NCBI GenBank assembly: GCA_030428785.1
Contig: JAUIEF010000007.1
Span: forward strand, 1,333 to 65,332
Source of the DNA: a bacterium
GTDB lineage: Bacteria; Planctomycetota; B15-G4
Direction of reading: 5' to 3'
Length of the DNA stretch: 64,000 bases
Shown here: in pieces, positions 1 to 9,245 of the stretch
Numbering within the stretch: position 1 is the first letter of the stretch
Layout of the letters: every line of letters begins with the position of its first letter
Position numbers and translations under genes: made by a program
Notes under the pieces: generated by a model
Told to the model about the DNA's origin: nothing
The model's input: the letters and a program-made list of their open reading frames with translations, nothing else
Databases searched by the model: none

Positions 1-2073
1 CCCGCTCGAGGGCAGGGCGTGGAGCTCCACGGCGGGCGCGCCGGGATCCAGGCGCACGACGAGGTCGCGGCCCGTCTGCGGCTGCGGGCCGCTCACGTAG
101 AGCGTGCCGAACGGGTCGACCGCGACCCCCTCCGGCCGCAGGCCGAGGCTCGTCCCCCCGGCACCGGCGGTGCCGAGGAGTTCGGTCACGGCACCGCCGG
201 CCGACCGGTGGAAGAGCGTCCGGCTCTCCCACCCGCCGACGTAGAGGTCCCCGTCGAAGCCCACCGCGAGCGCGCGCGGGTCGTCGAGCACGTGGCCGAG
301 CCCGTCCCCCGTCGCGTCGAGCACCTGTTCGATCGCGCCCGCGGCGCTCACGCGGAACACGTTGTCCGACTCGTTGCCGACCACGAACAGCGCGCCGGCG
401 CCGTCCACGGCGAGCGCCGTCGGCCGTTGCAGGGCGTGACCCTGCTGGTCGCCGCTCGCGTCCATGACGAGGTCCACCGTGCCGTCGGGCGCGATGCGGA
501 ACACGTTGTGGCTGGAGCTCCCGGCCACGAAGACGTTGCCGAACGGGTCGACGGCCAGGCCGGCGGGCTGCAGGAGCGGCTGCGCGGGCCCCGTCCCGTC
601 CGGACCCAGCACCTCGGTGATCGTGCCGTCGGGCGAGAGGCGCAGCACGTTGCGGCTGACCAGGCCGGTCACGTAGACCTCGCCCGACGGGGCGACGACC
701 GCCGAGACGGGTCGCTCGAGGACGTGACCGGCGCCGTCGCCCTCAGGGCCGATGAGCACGCGCGCCGACCGTGGACCGTCCAGCTCGAGGAGGCGGCTCT
801 CCGCCTCGTCGCACACGAGCAGCGTGCCCGCGGCGGTGCGCGCCGGGCCCGAGGGCCGCTGGGCCGTCGGCACGAGGGAGTCCGGTCCCAGGACGAGTCC
901 GGGTGCGGCGCCCGGGCGGCCGCGCAGGACCGCGCTCGTGACCCGGCTGCTCGCGAGGACGGCGCCGTCGGCCGTGAGCGCGAGCGCGTGCGGCGGCCAG
1001 AACGCGTCCGTCGCCAGGACGCGCCCCGCACCGTCGCCCGTCGCGTCGATGACCCGCGTGATGGCGCCCGAGGCCGCGCGATGCCAGACGGACATGGGCA
1101 GGACGACCTCCGGCGGAGCGAAGGGCCCGGGCGCCGGGACGTCCCACCACCAGACGCCCGAGGCGCCCGCCTCGACGCCGGAGAACCACCGGCCCGTCGA
1201 CGCGGGCACGGCGTGGTGCGTGGTGATCGCGCCGCCCGGCGAGACCTCGATGAGATGGGCATCGCCTTCGGGCAGTCCGCGACCCGTCGCCCAGACGTGC
1301 CCCGCCGGATCCACGTCGATGTCGGACGGTCGGAACACGCCCGTGGGCACCACGGTGCGCGTGCCGTCCGGCGCGACGAAGCGGAGCGCGTGCTCCCCCC
1401 GGAAGAGCACCACGACCGTGCCGCCGGGCGCGACGGCGACATCGGCGACGTCGATCGACGGCAGACCGAGCGAGGCCGCGGTCAACACCGGGGAGATGCC
1501 GCCGCCCGGCAGCGCCCGCCGCACCGCCTTCCCGTCGACGATGAAGACCTCGTCGCCGTCCGCGAGCACGAAGGGATCATCGACCCCCGACGGGATGAGC
1601 GACACCTGCCCCGAGGGCGCGATGCGGAAGATGTTGTCGCTCGTCCTCCCGGTGACCCAGACGTGGTCCGCCGCGTCGACCGCGAGGCCGCTCGGGTCGT
1701 GGAAGGGGTCGAGCGGTGCCGTGCCCTTGCTGTCCAGGAGCTGCGTGACCGTCCCGTCCGGGGCGATGCGCACGACCTGGCTGAGCGCCCCGCTCCCGGC
1801 GGCGGCGTAGACGTTGCCCGGACCATCGGTGGCGAGCTGCCCGAACGAGATGCCGGAGGACGGTGGGCCGGCCCACACGAGGTCGGCCGTGCCGTCCAGG
1901 GCCACGCGCGAGACGCCCCCCGAGGCGGAGAGCACGTAGACGTCGCCCGCCGGATCCTGCACCGGTGCGCCGGGGAGCAACAGCACGGTCTCGAGGCTCG
2001 GCCAGGGTTCGGCAGTCTGCGCCCCGACGCCGGTCGCGACGACCAGCAGGGCGACGACGGGGAGACGACGCAT
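1..2073 (-). CDS. secreted beta-propeller repeat protein (NHL/SMP-30-like repeats); 3' end lies beyond the window
   Basis: Not in the ORF track because it stays open to the window edge. My translation from ATG 2071-2073 gives MRRLPVVALLVVATGVGAQTAEPW (signal peptide). About 40-aa repeats follow, e.g. ESDNVFRVSAAGAIEQVLDATGDGLGHVLDDPRALAVGFDGDLYVGG. The frame is stop-free down to nt 1. GGAGGG lies upstream of the ATG. Paralog of 4478..6934. The + strand 827-aa track ORF here is an Arg/Ala-rich antisense artefact. Confidence 0.7.
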   Translation of the reverse strand, partial: MRRLPVVALLVVATGVGAQTAEPWPSLETVLLLPGAPVQDPAGDVYVLSASGGVSRVALDGTADLVWAGPPSSGISFGQLATDGPGNVYAAAGSGALSQVVRIAPDGTVTQLLDSKGTAPLDPFHDPSGLAVDAADHVWVTGRTSDNIFRIAPSGQVSLIPSGVDDPFVLADGDEVFIVDGKAVRRALPGGGISPVLTAASLGLPSIDVADVAVAPGGTVVVLFRGEHALRFVAPDGTRTVVPTGVFRPSDIDVDPAGHVWATGRGLPEGDAHLIEVSPGGAITTHHAVPASTGRWFSGVEAGASGVWWWDVPAPGPFAPPEVVLPMSVWHRAASGAITRVIDATGDGAGRVLATDAFWPPHALALTADGAVLASSRVTSAVLRGRPGAAPGLVLGPDSLVPTAQRPSGPARTAAGTLLVCDEAESRLLELDGPRSARVLIGPEGDGAGHVLERPVSAVVAPSGEVYVTGLVSRNVLRLSPDGTITEVLGPDGTGPAQPLLQPAGLAVDPFGNVFVAGSSSHNVFRIAPDGTVDLVMDASGDQQGHALQRPTALAVDGAGALFVVGNESDNVFRVSAAGAIEQVLDATGDGLGHVLDDPRALAVGFDGDLYVGGWESRTLFHRSAGGAVTELLGTAGAGGTSLGLRPEGVAVDPFGTLYVSGPQPQTGRDLVVRLDPGAPAVELHALPSSG

Positions 2074-2250
2074 GACGACACCCTCCACGGGGGCCGGGCC
2101 CGCGCGTCGGAGTCGAGGGCGACGCGCCGGGCGACCGGGGTCCTTTCTACACGGAGACGGAGGCGGGGTGACGCGTCCGTCGGGGAATCGCGGGTCGGGT
2201 CACGCGGTGGGTCGGAGGGCGGCCGTCGCCGCGACGCGAGCCGTCCGGCC

Positions 2251-2457
2251 TCAGAGCATCCGCACGAGCAGGTGGAAGCCGCCGCCGAGCACCGCGGTGC
2301 CGAGCGCGAACATGACCCAGCGCTTGAGGCCGCGTTGCACGGCCACGCCGACGGACTCGACGCGCAGGCCGTCGTAGACGAGGCACAGCACGAGCGTCAG
2401 CAGGAAGAACCAGAAGACGTGCTCGCCGAAGCTCATGGGGCCGACGGTCGCGAGCAT
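2251..2457 (-). CDS. small hydrophobic membrane protein (68 aa), function unknown
   Basis: Distal part of track ORF 2251..2700. The ATG at 2457 overlaps the upstream stop (ATGA). Two hydrophobic segments (FWFFLLTLVLCLVY, WVMFALGTAVLGGGFHLLV). An alternative ATG lies at 2436. Confidence 0.5.
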   Translation of the reverse strand: MLATVGPMSFGEHVFWFFLLTLVLCLVYDGLRVESVGVAVQRGLKRWVMFALGTAVLGGGFHLLVRML

Positions 2458-2831
2458 CAGGCCGGCGTCCCCTCGAGCGCGTCGCGGCGGGCCGTCTCGT
2501 AGGCGTCCACGACGACGATGATGTTGAGGATGCCGGCCACCGTCGTCATGACGAGGCCCAGCTCGAGGCGGTCGACGGTGTGGCCGAGCGGCGCCTCGCC
2601 GATCCAGCTCGCGACGAGCGCCGGGAGGCCCGCGCCGTACTGGCCGTAGACGTGGTACGGGAAGCGCGCCGCGGAGACGCTGCCGCCGTCGCCGAGCCAC
2701 ACGCCGAGCGCGTAGGTGCCCATGACGAGCACGCCGAAGTAGACGGCCTTGGCCACGCGCCCGAGGACGACGTGCCCCAGCCCGGGCACGGCCCAGGCGC
2801 AGACGGCGGCGAGGAGGGCGCGGGCGTCCAT
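2457..2831 (-). CDS. membrane protein, function unknown (124 aa)
   Basis: Track ORF 2457..3059 trimmed to ATG 2831 (MDARALLAAVCAWAVPGLGHVVLGR...). Several hydrophobic segments. Coupled by a 4-nt overlap to the downstream small ORF. Confidence 0.5.
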   Translation of the reverse strand: MDARALLAAVCAWAVPGLGHVVLGRVAKAVYFGVLVMGTYALGVWLGDGGSVSAARFPYHVYGQYGAGLPALVASWIGEAPLGHTVDRLELGLVMTTVAGILNIIVVVDAYETARRDALEGTPA

Positions 2832-2990
2832 CCCGGCATCATGCGGATGGGAGCGCCTTGCGGCGACGCCGTTTTTTGCCGAATCTGCGGCGTCGCCGGG
2901 ACGCGGCGAGCGCGCGCGGGCCGGCCTCCCGCCGCCCTCGTGATGCACGCCGCCCCGCGCCGATCCGCCGCCCGAAGGAGCCCCGCCCCC

Positions 2991-3476
2991 ATGTCCGAGT
3001 CCCGCGTCGCCATCCGCCCGCGCTACGGCGAGGTCGACCGGATGGGGGTCGTCTACCACGCGAACTACCTCCTCTACTTCGACATCGGGCGCACGGACTA
3101 CCTGCGGCAGCGCGGCATCCCGTACGCGGAGGTCGAGGAGCGCGGCTACCTGCTCTCCGTGGTCGACGTGGGCGTGAAGTACAAGCGCTCCGCGCGGTAC
3201 GACGAGGACCTCGAGCTCGTGACGCGGCTCGCGCGCTTCACGAAGGCGACGGTGCTCTTCGAGTACGAGCTCTTCGGCCCGGACGGGCGGCTGCTCACGA
3301 CGGGCTTCACGAAGCTCGCCTGCCTCGACAAGCGCGACAACCGGCCGACGATGCTGCCGGCCGACCTGCGCGCGCTCCTCGAGCGGTCGGCGACGGAGGG
3401 CGGCGGGACGCCCGGAGGCCCGTCGGGGAGTTCCCCGGGAAGGAAGGCGGCCCGCGCGCCGTCCGAGACCGCATGA
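2991..3476 (+). CDS. acyl-CoA thioesterase, YbgC/4HBT hot-dog family
   Basis: Track ORF 2580..3476 trimmed to ATG 2991, with GAAGGAG 11 nt upstream. Carries YGEVDRMGVVYHANYLLYFDIGRTDYLR, typical of the YbgC/4HBT N-terminus. Confidence 0.8.
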   Translation: MSESRVAIRPRYGEVDRMGVVYHANYLLYFDIGRTDYLRQRGIPYAEVEERGYLLSVVDVGVKYKRSARYDEDLELVTRLARFTKATVLFEYELFGPDGRLLTTGFTKLACLDKRDNRPTMLPADLRALLERSATEGGGTPGGPSGSSPGRKAARAPSETA

Positions 3477-4468
3477 CGCTCCGCCCCCGCTCCGTCCCCA
3501 CGGCGACCGACCGCCCCGCGGCTCCCGGCCGCGTGCGCGCCGCCCGGCGGCTCGCGCCGCTGCTCGGCCTGCTCGCCGCCCTCGCCGTCGGCTGCTCCTC
3601 GACCCCCGAGCGCCGCCCGCCCCTGCCGCCGGAAGAGGCCGAGGAGATCGACGTCGTGAACCGGCTCTCCGAGTACCTCGCGACGGCGCCGCCCGAGTCG
3701 CCGGAGGTCGTGCTCAACAGCATCGAGCGCCTCATGGTCTCGTGGCAGCGCGAGCAGCGGCAGGGTCGCGAGAAGCCCATCGAGCACCTCGTGAACCGCA
3801 AGGTCATCGCGAACTACGAGGCGGTGGCGGAGGCGTTCCGGAGCGGCACGCACGAGCGCAAGCTCGTCGCGGCGTGGGCGCTCGGGTTCTCGCGCGTGCC
3901 GGAGAACCCGATCGGCATCGCGTCGCGGCACGAGGAGGCGGTCGCGCTGCTCGTGCCCGCGCTCCAGGACGCGCCCGACGACATCCTCAACAACGTCATG
4001 ATCGCGCTCTGGGAGCTCGGCGATCCGTCGACGCCGCTCCAGCCGCTCGTCGACATCGCGGTGAACCACCACGTCGCCGAGGTGCGCGCGAACGCGATGC
4101 TCGCGCTGTCGACGGTGCTCACGGCGAAGACCGCGCCCCAGGCGCGCGACGCCGTGCTCGTCGCGCTCACGGACCACGAGGCGAAGGTGCGGCTGCACGC
4201 GGCGAGCCTCGCGGCGCTCCACCCCCACCGCCTCACGACGCAGCGCATCCTCGCGCTGCTGCCCGACGAGGAGAGCCCGCTCGTGCGCGCCGGCATGGCC
4301 AAGGCGCTCGGCGCGGCGCAGGACCCCGTGTCGACGCCGCTCCTCGCGCGCATGCTCCGCAGCCCGCGCGGCGTGGAGCGGACGTGGGCGCACGCGGCGC
4401 TCGTCGCGATCTACGGCGTGGACCGCGGCCTCGACGCCGAGGGCTGGATGGCGCTCATGCCGCGGTAA
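3473..4468 (+). CDS. HEAT-repeat lipoprotein
   Basis: Same frame as track ORF 2858..4468. ATG 3473 overlaps the thioesterase stop (ATGA). Lipobox LLAALAVGCSS. Repeated helical HEAT-like units (VRANAMLAL, VRLHAASLAAL, LVRAGMAKALG). Confidence 0.65.
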   Translation: MTLRPRSVPTATDRPAAPGRVRAARRLAPLLGLLAALAVGCSSTPERRPPLPPEEAEEIDVVNRLSEYLATAPPESPEVVLNSIERLMVSWQREQRQGREKPIEHLVNRKVIANYEAVAEAFRSGTHERKLVAAWALGFSRVPENPIGIASRHEEAVALLVPALQDAPDDILNNVMIALWELGDPSTPLQPLVDIAVNHHVAEVRANAMLALSTVLTAKTAPQARDAVLVALTDHEAKVRLHAASLAALHPHRLTTQRILALLPDEESPLVRAGMAKALGAAQDPVSTPLLARMLRSPRGVERTWAHAALVAIYGVDRGLDAEGWMALMPR

Positions 4469-4477
4469 GCGCGGCGC

Positions 4478-6934
4478 TCAGGGCGTCGTCTGCCGCGTGC
4501 CGTTCGAGAGCGTGAAGCCGTCCGGCACGCTCGGGTCCTCGACGACGAACTGCAGGAAGATGTCGAGGCCGGCCGCGATGCCCGGCGGCCAGGTCACGGA
4601 GAGGTCGGCGCGGCCCTGGGAGTCCGCGAGGAAGGGCAGCTGCACCGTCGGCGGGAACGCGTGCACCGTGCCGCCCGCCGCGGGGAGCGGCGTCGACGCG
4701 AAGGAGATCCACGCGAGGAGCTGCGCGCCGGGCGGCGCGCCCGTGAGCAGCCGGTCCATGCTCGTGCCCGCGTCGAGCGTGCCGTTGCAGAGAAGCTGCG
4801 GCTGGCCGAGCTGGCCGACGGCCGCTCCGCCCAGGTCCGCCCAGCGCTCCGGCGGCTCCGCGCGGAACACGTTGGAGCTCGCGGCGCCGGAGACGAAGAC
4901 CGTGCCGAGCGCGTCGGCGGCGAGGCCCGACGGCACGCCGAGCGTCGCGCCCTGCCCGTCGCCCGCGCTGTCGACGACGAGGCTCACCGTCCCGCCCGGG
5001 TCGATCTCGAAGACGTTCGTGCTCGTGCGGCAGGCGACGAAGACGTTGCCCAGCGCGTCCACCGCGACGTCCTCGGGGCGGATCATGATGTTGCCCTGAC
5101 CGTCGCCGGTCGCGTCCGCGAGCAGCGTGACCTGCCCGAAGGGCGTGATCCGGAACACGTTGTCGCTGTCGAAGCCCGCGACGTACGCGTTGCCCTGCGC
5201 GTCGCAGGCGACGCCGCGCGGACAGAGCAGCGGGTTGCCGAGGCCGTCGCCGTCCTTCGTGGCCATGAGGAAGATCGAGCCGGCGGGCGTGACGCGCCAC
5301 ACGTTGTCGCTCGCGCCGCCCGTGACCCAGAGGTCGCCGCCCGGACCGACGGCGAGCCCCTCCGGCGCGTCGAGCAGGTCGCCGGCCGAGTTGCCGTTCT
5401 CGTCGATCACGAGCGTCACGACGTCGGTCGGCGAGACGCGGAAGACGTTGTCGCTCGTCTTGCCGGCGACGAAGACGTTGCCCGCCGCGTCCGTCGCGAG
5501 GTCGCTCGGGTCGAGGAGCACGTTTCCCAGGCCGTCGCCGGCCGGACCGACGATCTCGGAGATGACGCCGTCGGGCGTGATGCGGAAGACGTTGTCGCTG
5601 TCCTCGCCGGCGGCGTAGGCGTTGCGGAACGGGTCCTCGGCGACGGCCGTCGTCTTGAGCAGGCGCGTGTTCGTGCCGATGCCCTCGCCGCGGTAGTCGA
5701 TGATCTCCGTCACCGCGCCGTCGACGTCGATGCGCATGGCGTTGTCGCTCTGGTGCCCCGCGACGTACACGCTGCCCGCGACGCCCACCGCGACGTCCTC
5801 GGGCACGATGAGGTCGAGGCCCGGCCGGTCGAGGATCTCGGTGACGACGCCCGCCGGCGTGACGGAGAACGCGTTGTGGCTGAAGTACCCGGCGACGTAG
5901 AGCACGTCCTGGTCGTCGGTGACGAGCTTGTACGGGCCGTCGAGGATGTTGCCCTGGCCGTCGCCCGTGACGTCCATGATCTGCGTGATGACGCCCGCGG
6001 GCGTGATCTTGAAGACGTTGTTGCTCAGCGCGCCGCCGACGTAGACGTTGCCCTGCCCGTCGAAGGTGATGCCGTTGGGCGCGAAGAGCGGGTGAACGCC
6101 GTCGCCGCTCGCGTCGATGATCTGCGTGACGACGCCCGACGGCGAGACGTGGTAGGCGTTGTCGCTCACCGTGCCGCAGACCCACACGTTGCCGGCCGCG
6201 TCCGCCGCGATGCTCGAGGCGACGGAGAGCGTGTTCGTCCCCGTGCCGTCGCCCGTCGCGTCGACGAGCTGGAGGATCTGCCCCCACGGCTTGACGACGT
6301 ACGCGCCGCTGCCGCGCGCGATGAACACGTCGCCCGAGTCGTTGCAGGTGAGGTCCGTCGACGCGGTGAAGACGCGCGTGATCGTGCCGTCCGGGTCCAC
6401 GCGGAAGGTGTTGCTCCCGCCCACGAAGACCGCGCCCGTGAGCTCGTCGTGCGCGATGGCCTTGGGGAAGTCGAGCGACCAGCCGGAGCCGTCCGCGTCG
6501 TGGTCGATGATCTCGGTGACGACGCCGGCCGGCGTGCGCACGAAGGCGTTGTCGCTCTCGGCGCCGACGATGTAGAGGTTGCCGGCGAGGTCGACGTCCA
6601 TGCCCCACGGGTTGAGGAGCTGCGTGCCCGCGCCGTCGCCGCTCTTGTCCATGATCTCGGTCACCGCGCCGGACGGCGTGACCATGAACGCGTTGTGGCT
6701 GATGTAGCCGTCGACGTAGACGTTGCGCTGGCTGTCGACGCAGACGGTGTAGGGCCGGATGAGCGGGCTGATGAGGCTCGCGGCGAGCTCCTCGACCTTC
6801 TGCGCGGGCGCGGGGCCGGCGAGCAGGGCGGACGCGGCGAGCGCGGCCGCGGCGAGGCGGGCGGGCGCGGCGCGCGACGTGCGGCGGTCGGCGGTGGACG
6901 GACCGTGGGCGAGGGACAGGCGATCGGCGTGCAT
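4478..6934 (-). CDS. secreted beta-propeller repeat protein (about 14 NHL/SMP-30-like blades) with a distinct C-terminal domain
   Basis: Track ORF 4478..7045 trimmed to ATG 6934 (GGAAGGAG 5 nt upstream). N-terminus has an RR-containing signal, RRTSRAAPARLAAAALAASALLAGPAPAQ. About 14 repeats of xSDNVFRITPxGxVTxIxDxxGDGxGNxLxxPxGxAxDAxGNVYVAG. Confidence 0.8.
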   Translation of the reverse strand: MHADRLSLAHGPSTADRRTSRAAPARLAAAALAASALLAGPAPAQKVEELAASLISPLIRPYTVCVDSQRNVYVDGYISHNAFMVTPSGAVTEIMDKSGDGAGTQLLNPWGMDVDLAGNLYIVGAESDNAFVRTPAGVVTEIIDHDADGSGWSLDFPKAIAHDELTGAVFVGGSNTFRVDPDGTITRVFTASTDLTCNDSGDVFIARGSGAYVVKPWGQILQLVDATGDGTGTNTLSVASSIAADAAGNVWVCGTVSDNAYHVSPSGVVTQIIDASGDGVHPLFAPNGITFDGQGNVYVGGALSNNVFKITPAGVITQIMDVTGDGQGNILDGPYKLVTDDQDVLYVAGYFSHNAFSVTPAGVVTEILDRPGLDLIVPEDVAVGVAGSVYVAGHQSDNAMRIDVDGAVTEIIDYRGEGIGTNTRLLKTTAVAEDPFRNAYAAGEDSDNVFRITPDGVISEIVGPAGDGLGNVLLDPSDLATDAAGNVFVAGKTSDNVFRVSPTDVVTLVIDENGNSAGDLLDAPEGLAVGPGGDLWVTGGASDNVWRVTPAGSIFLMATKDGDGLGNPLLCPRGVACDAQGNAYVAGFDSDNVFRITPFGQVTLLADATGDGQGNIMIRPEDVAVDALGNVFVACRTSTNVFEIDPGGTVSLVVDSAGDGQGATLGVPSGLAADALGTVFVSGAASSNVFRAEPPERWADLGGAAVGQLGQPQLLCNGTLDAGTSMDRLLTGAPPGAQLLAWISFASTPLPAAGGTVHAFPPTVQLPFLADSQGRADLSVTWPPGIAAGLDIFLQFVVEDPSVPDGFTLSNGTRQTTP

Positions 6935-7114
6935 GGAGACTCCTTCCTCCCGGTCGCCCCGTGCGGGGGCGTCGCTGCGCGCCGACCGGCTCCTCCTCCG
7001 GGGCGCACGGGGGATGGTATCCGGGTCGGTCGTCTCCGGTGACACGATCCGGGGCGACGATCTTCGCGCCGGCGCGCGGAGCGGTGGGTCGTGCTGCGCG
7101 GACGCGCGCTCCCG

Positions 7115-8059
7115 CTACCCGGACGCGGCCTTGCCCTCCCAGAGCAGCTCGTGCCGGCGCAGGCCCTTCGTGAGGCGCGCGCGCACGTCGCGCAGGAGGG
7201 CGGCGCGGCCGGACGCGGCGTCGGCGGGCGCGCCGTACGCCGCGACGAACGCGTGCACGACGCGCGGCAGCGCCGCAAGCCGCGGCGTTCCGGACGTGCC
7301 CGGGAGCACGCCGTTCTTCACGAGCGAGCGGGCGAAGCGCGCGAGGGCCTGCACGCGCTCGGCGCGCACGGGCGGCTCGCCGAGCTCGCAGCGGTCGAGG
7401 TCGAGCACGACGAGCGGCGCGTCGGAGGCGGAGCGGCCGCCGACCTCCGACGCCGGTCCGTCGACGTCGGGGCCGGGCGGCGACTCGTCGCCCCCCGGCA
7501 CGAGGAGGTTCTTCACCTGGAGGTCGCGGTGGTGCAGGCCCTCGTCGTGGAGGCGACGCAGCGTGCGGCCGGCGTCGCGCGCGAGCGCCGCGAGGCGCGC
7601 CGGGTCGTCGCGCGCGTCGCGCACCGCGTCGAGCAGGTCGCGCGCGCCGGGCACGCGCGCCGTCGCGATCTCGAGCCGGTACAGGCCGCCGGCCCCGCGC
7701 GTCGCGCGCGCCGCGACGACCGGCGGCGTCGGGCACCCGCGCCGGACGAGCTCCTCGCACACGACGGCCTCGCGCAGCGGGCGCTCCCAGTCCGCGTACC
7801 ACCGGCGGAGCAGCGCGCCGATGACGCCGCCGCGGCTGTAGGACTTCGCGACGATCTCGCCGCGCGGCGTCCGCAGCACGTGCACCGCGCCGCGGCCGAC
7901 GAGCCCGTGGTCGACGGGCTCGCCCCACGTCTCGAGGCCGGCGCCGTCGAGCAGCGCGTCCGTCGGGAGCGCCTCGCGCCAGTCGCGCCGGACGAGCACG
8001 CGCACCGTCCCCCGCTCGAGGAGCTCGTGCGTGTCGGCGAGGGCGTCGGCGGCGTCCAC
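7115..8059 (-). CDS. lipopolysaccharide/Kdo kinase family protein
   Basis: Carries LHDEGLHHRDLQVKNLLV (catalytic loop) and VVLDLDRC, typical of the Kdo/WaaP/InaA kinase family. Divergent from the GT9 gene. Confidence 0.7.
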   Translation of the reverse strand: MDAADALADTHELLERGTVRVLVRRDWREALPTDALLDGAGLETWGEPVDHGLVGRGAVHVLRTPRGEIVAKSYSRGGVIGALLRRWYADWERPLREAVVCEELVRRGCPTPPVVAARATRGAGGLYRLEIATARVPGARDLLDAVRDARDDPARLAALARDAGRTLRRLHDEGLHHRDLQVKNLLVPGGDESPPGPDVDGPASEVGGRSASDAPLVVLDLDRCELGEPPVRAERVQALARFARSLVKNGVLPGTSGTPRLAALPRVVHAFVAAYGAPADAASGRAALLRDVRARLTKGLRRHELLWEGKAASG

Positions 8060-8216
8060 GACGCCATGATCGCCGACGGCCCGCGCCGTTCCAACGCGGC
8101 GTCGACCGCGCCCGCCGGCCCGGCGCGCGTCGCCCGCCGCGCGCCGCCGTCCGGGGAGCCGGATGCGCCGCCCACGGCACTGGAGACCCCGCGGCGCCGC
8201 CTGCTAGCCTGACCCC

Positions 8217-9245
8217 GTGGCCGACTCCGCCTCCCTCCTCGTCGTGCGGTTGTCGTCCCTGGGCGACGTGCTCTTCGCGCTGCCGGCCGTGCAGGCCGTG
8301 CTCGCGAGCGGCCGCTTCGAGCGCGTGTCCTGGCTCGTCGAGGACCGCGCCGCCGCGCTCGTCCGCGAGCTGCCCGGGCTGCACGAGGTCGTCGTCTTCC
8401 CGCGGCGCGACAAGGGGCGCTGGCCGGCCCACGCGAAGCAGCTCCGCGCGCGCCGCGACGACGTCGTCCTCGACCTCCAGGGCAACCTCAAGAGCCGGCT
8501 CCAGCTCATGCTCCTGCGCGCGCCGTTGAAGCTCGGCTTCGACGCGCCGCTCGCGAAGGAGGGCGCGCAGAAGGCGCTCACCGAACGCTGGCTCCCGCCG
8601 GGCGACGTGAAGCACCGCGTGCACGCCAACCTCGCGATCCTCGCGCGGCTCGGCATCGACCCGCCGCCCGCGTCGCGCCCCGACGTGCCGCTCGGCACGG
8701 GCCGCGGCGCGCCGCGCGACGACGACCGCCCGCGCATCGTGCTCCACCCGGGGACGAGCGCGTTCGGGCAGCTCAAGCGCTGGGCGCCCGAGCGGTTCGC
8801 GGCGCTCGGTGACCGGCTCGCATCCGCGCTCGACGCCGAGGTCCTCGTGAGCGGCGGGCCGGACGAGCAGGACCTCGTGCGCGCGGTCGTCGACGGCATG
8901 CACGCGCCGTCGGGCGCGCTGCGGACGGGCAGCCTCGGCGAGCTCGCCGACGCGCTGCGCGGCACGGACCTGCTCGTCGCCGCCGACTCGCTGCCGCTGC
9001 ACCTCGCCAACGCGCTCGGCACGCCGGTGCTCGGGCTCTACGGACCGAAGGACCCCGCGGTGACCGGCCCCGCCTTCGACCGCAGCGCCGTCGTGCGCGC
9101 GGGCGTCGCGTGCAGCCCGTGCACGCTGCGCCGCTGCCGCGACCGCATCTGCATGGAGCGGCTGGAGGTCGACGCCGTGGAGGCCGCCGCCCGCGACCTC
9201 CTCGCGCGGTTCCGCGCGCCGTCGCGCGGGGAGGCGCGCCCGTGA
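8217..9245 (+). CDS. glycosyltransferase family 9 (LPS heptosyltransferase-like)
   Basis: N-terminal LLVVRLSSLGDVLFALPAVQAV. C-terminal LVAADSLPLHLANALGTPVLGLYGP, the GT9 signature region. Confidence 0.8.
   Translation: MADSASLLVVRLSSLGDVLFALPAVQAVLASGRFERVSWLVEDRAAALVRELPGLHEVVVFPRRDKGRWPAHAKQLRARRDDVVLDLQGNLKSRLQLMLLRAPLKLGFDAPLAKEGAQKALTERWLPPGDVKHRVHANLAILARLGIDPPPASRPDVPLGTGRGAPRDDDRPRIVLHPGTSAFGQLKRWAPERFAALGDRLASALDAEVLVSGGPDEQDLVRAVVDGMHAPSGALRTGSLGELADALRGTDLLVAADSLPLHLANALGTPVLGLYGPKDPAVTGPAFDRSAVVRAGVACSPCTLRRCRDRICMERLEVDAVEAAARDLLARFRAPSRGEARP

Noticed and set aside
19-2502. An 827-aa + strand ORF covering the left end of the window
   Set aside because: Its composition is Arg/Ala/Gly/His-rich with no recognisable motifs. 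It is antisense to a minus-strand frame that encodes a signal peptide plus clean beta-propeller repeats. This is a typical high-GC shadow ORF.
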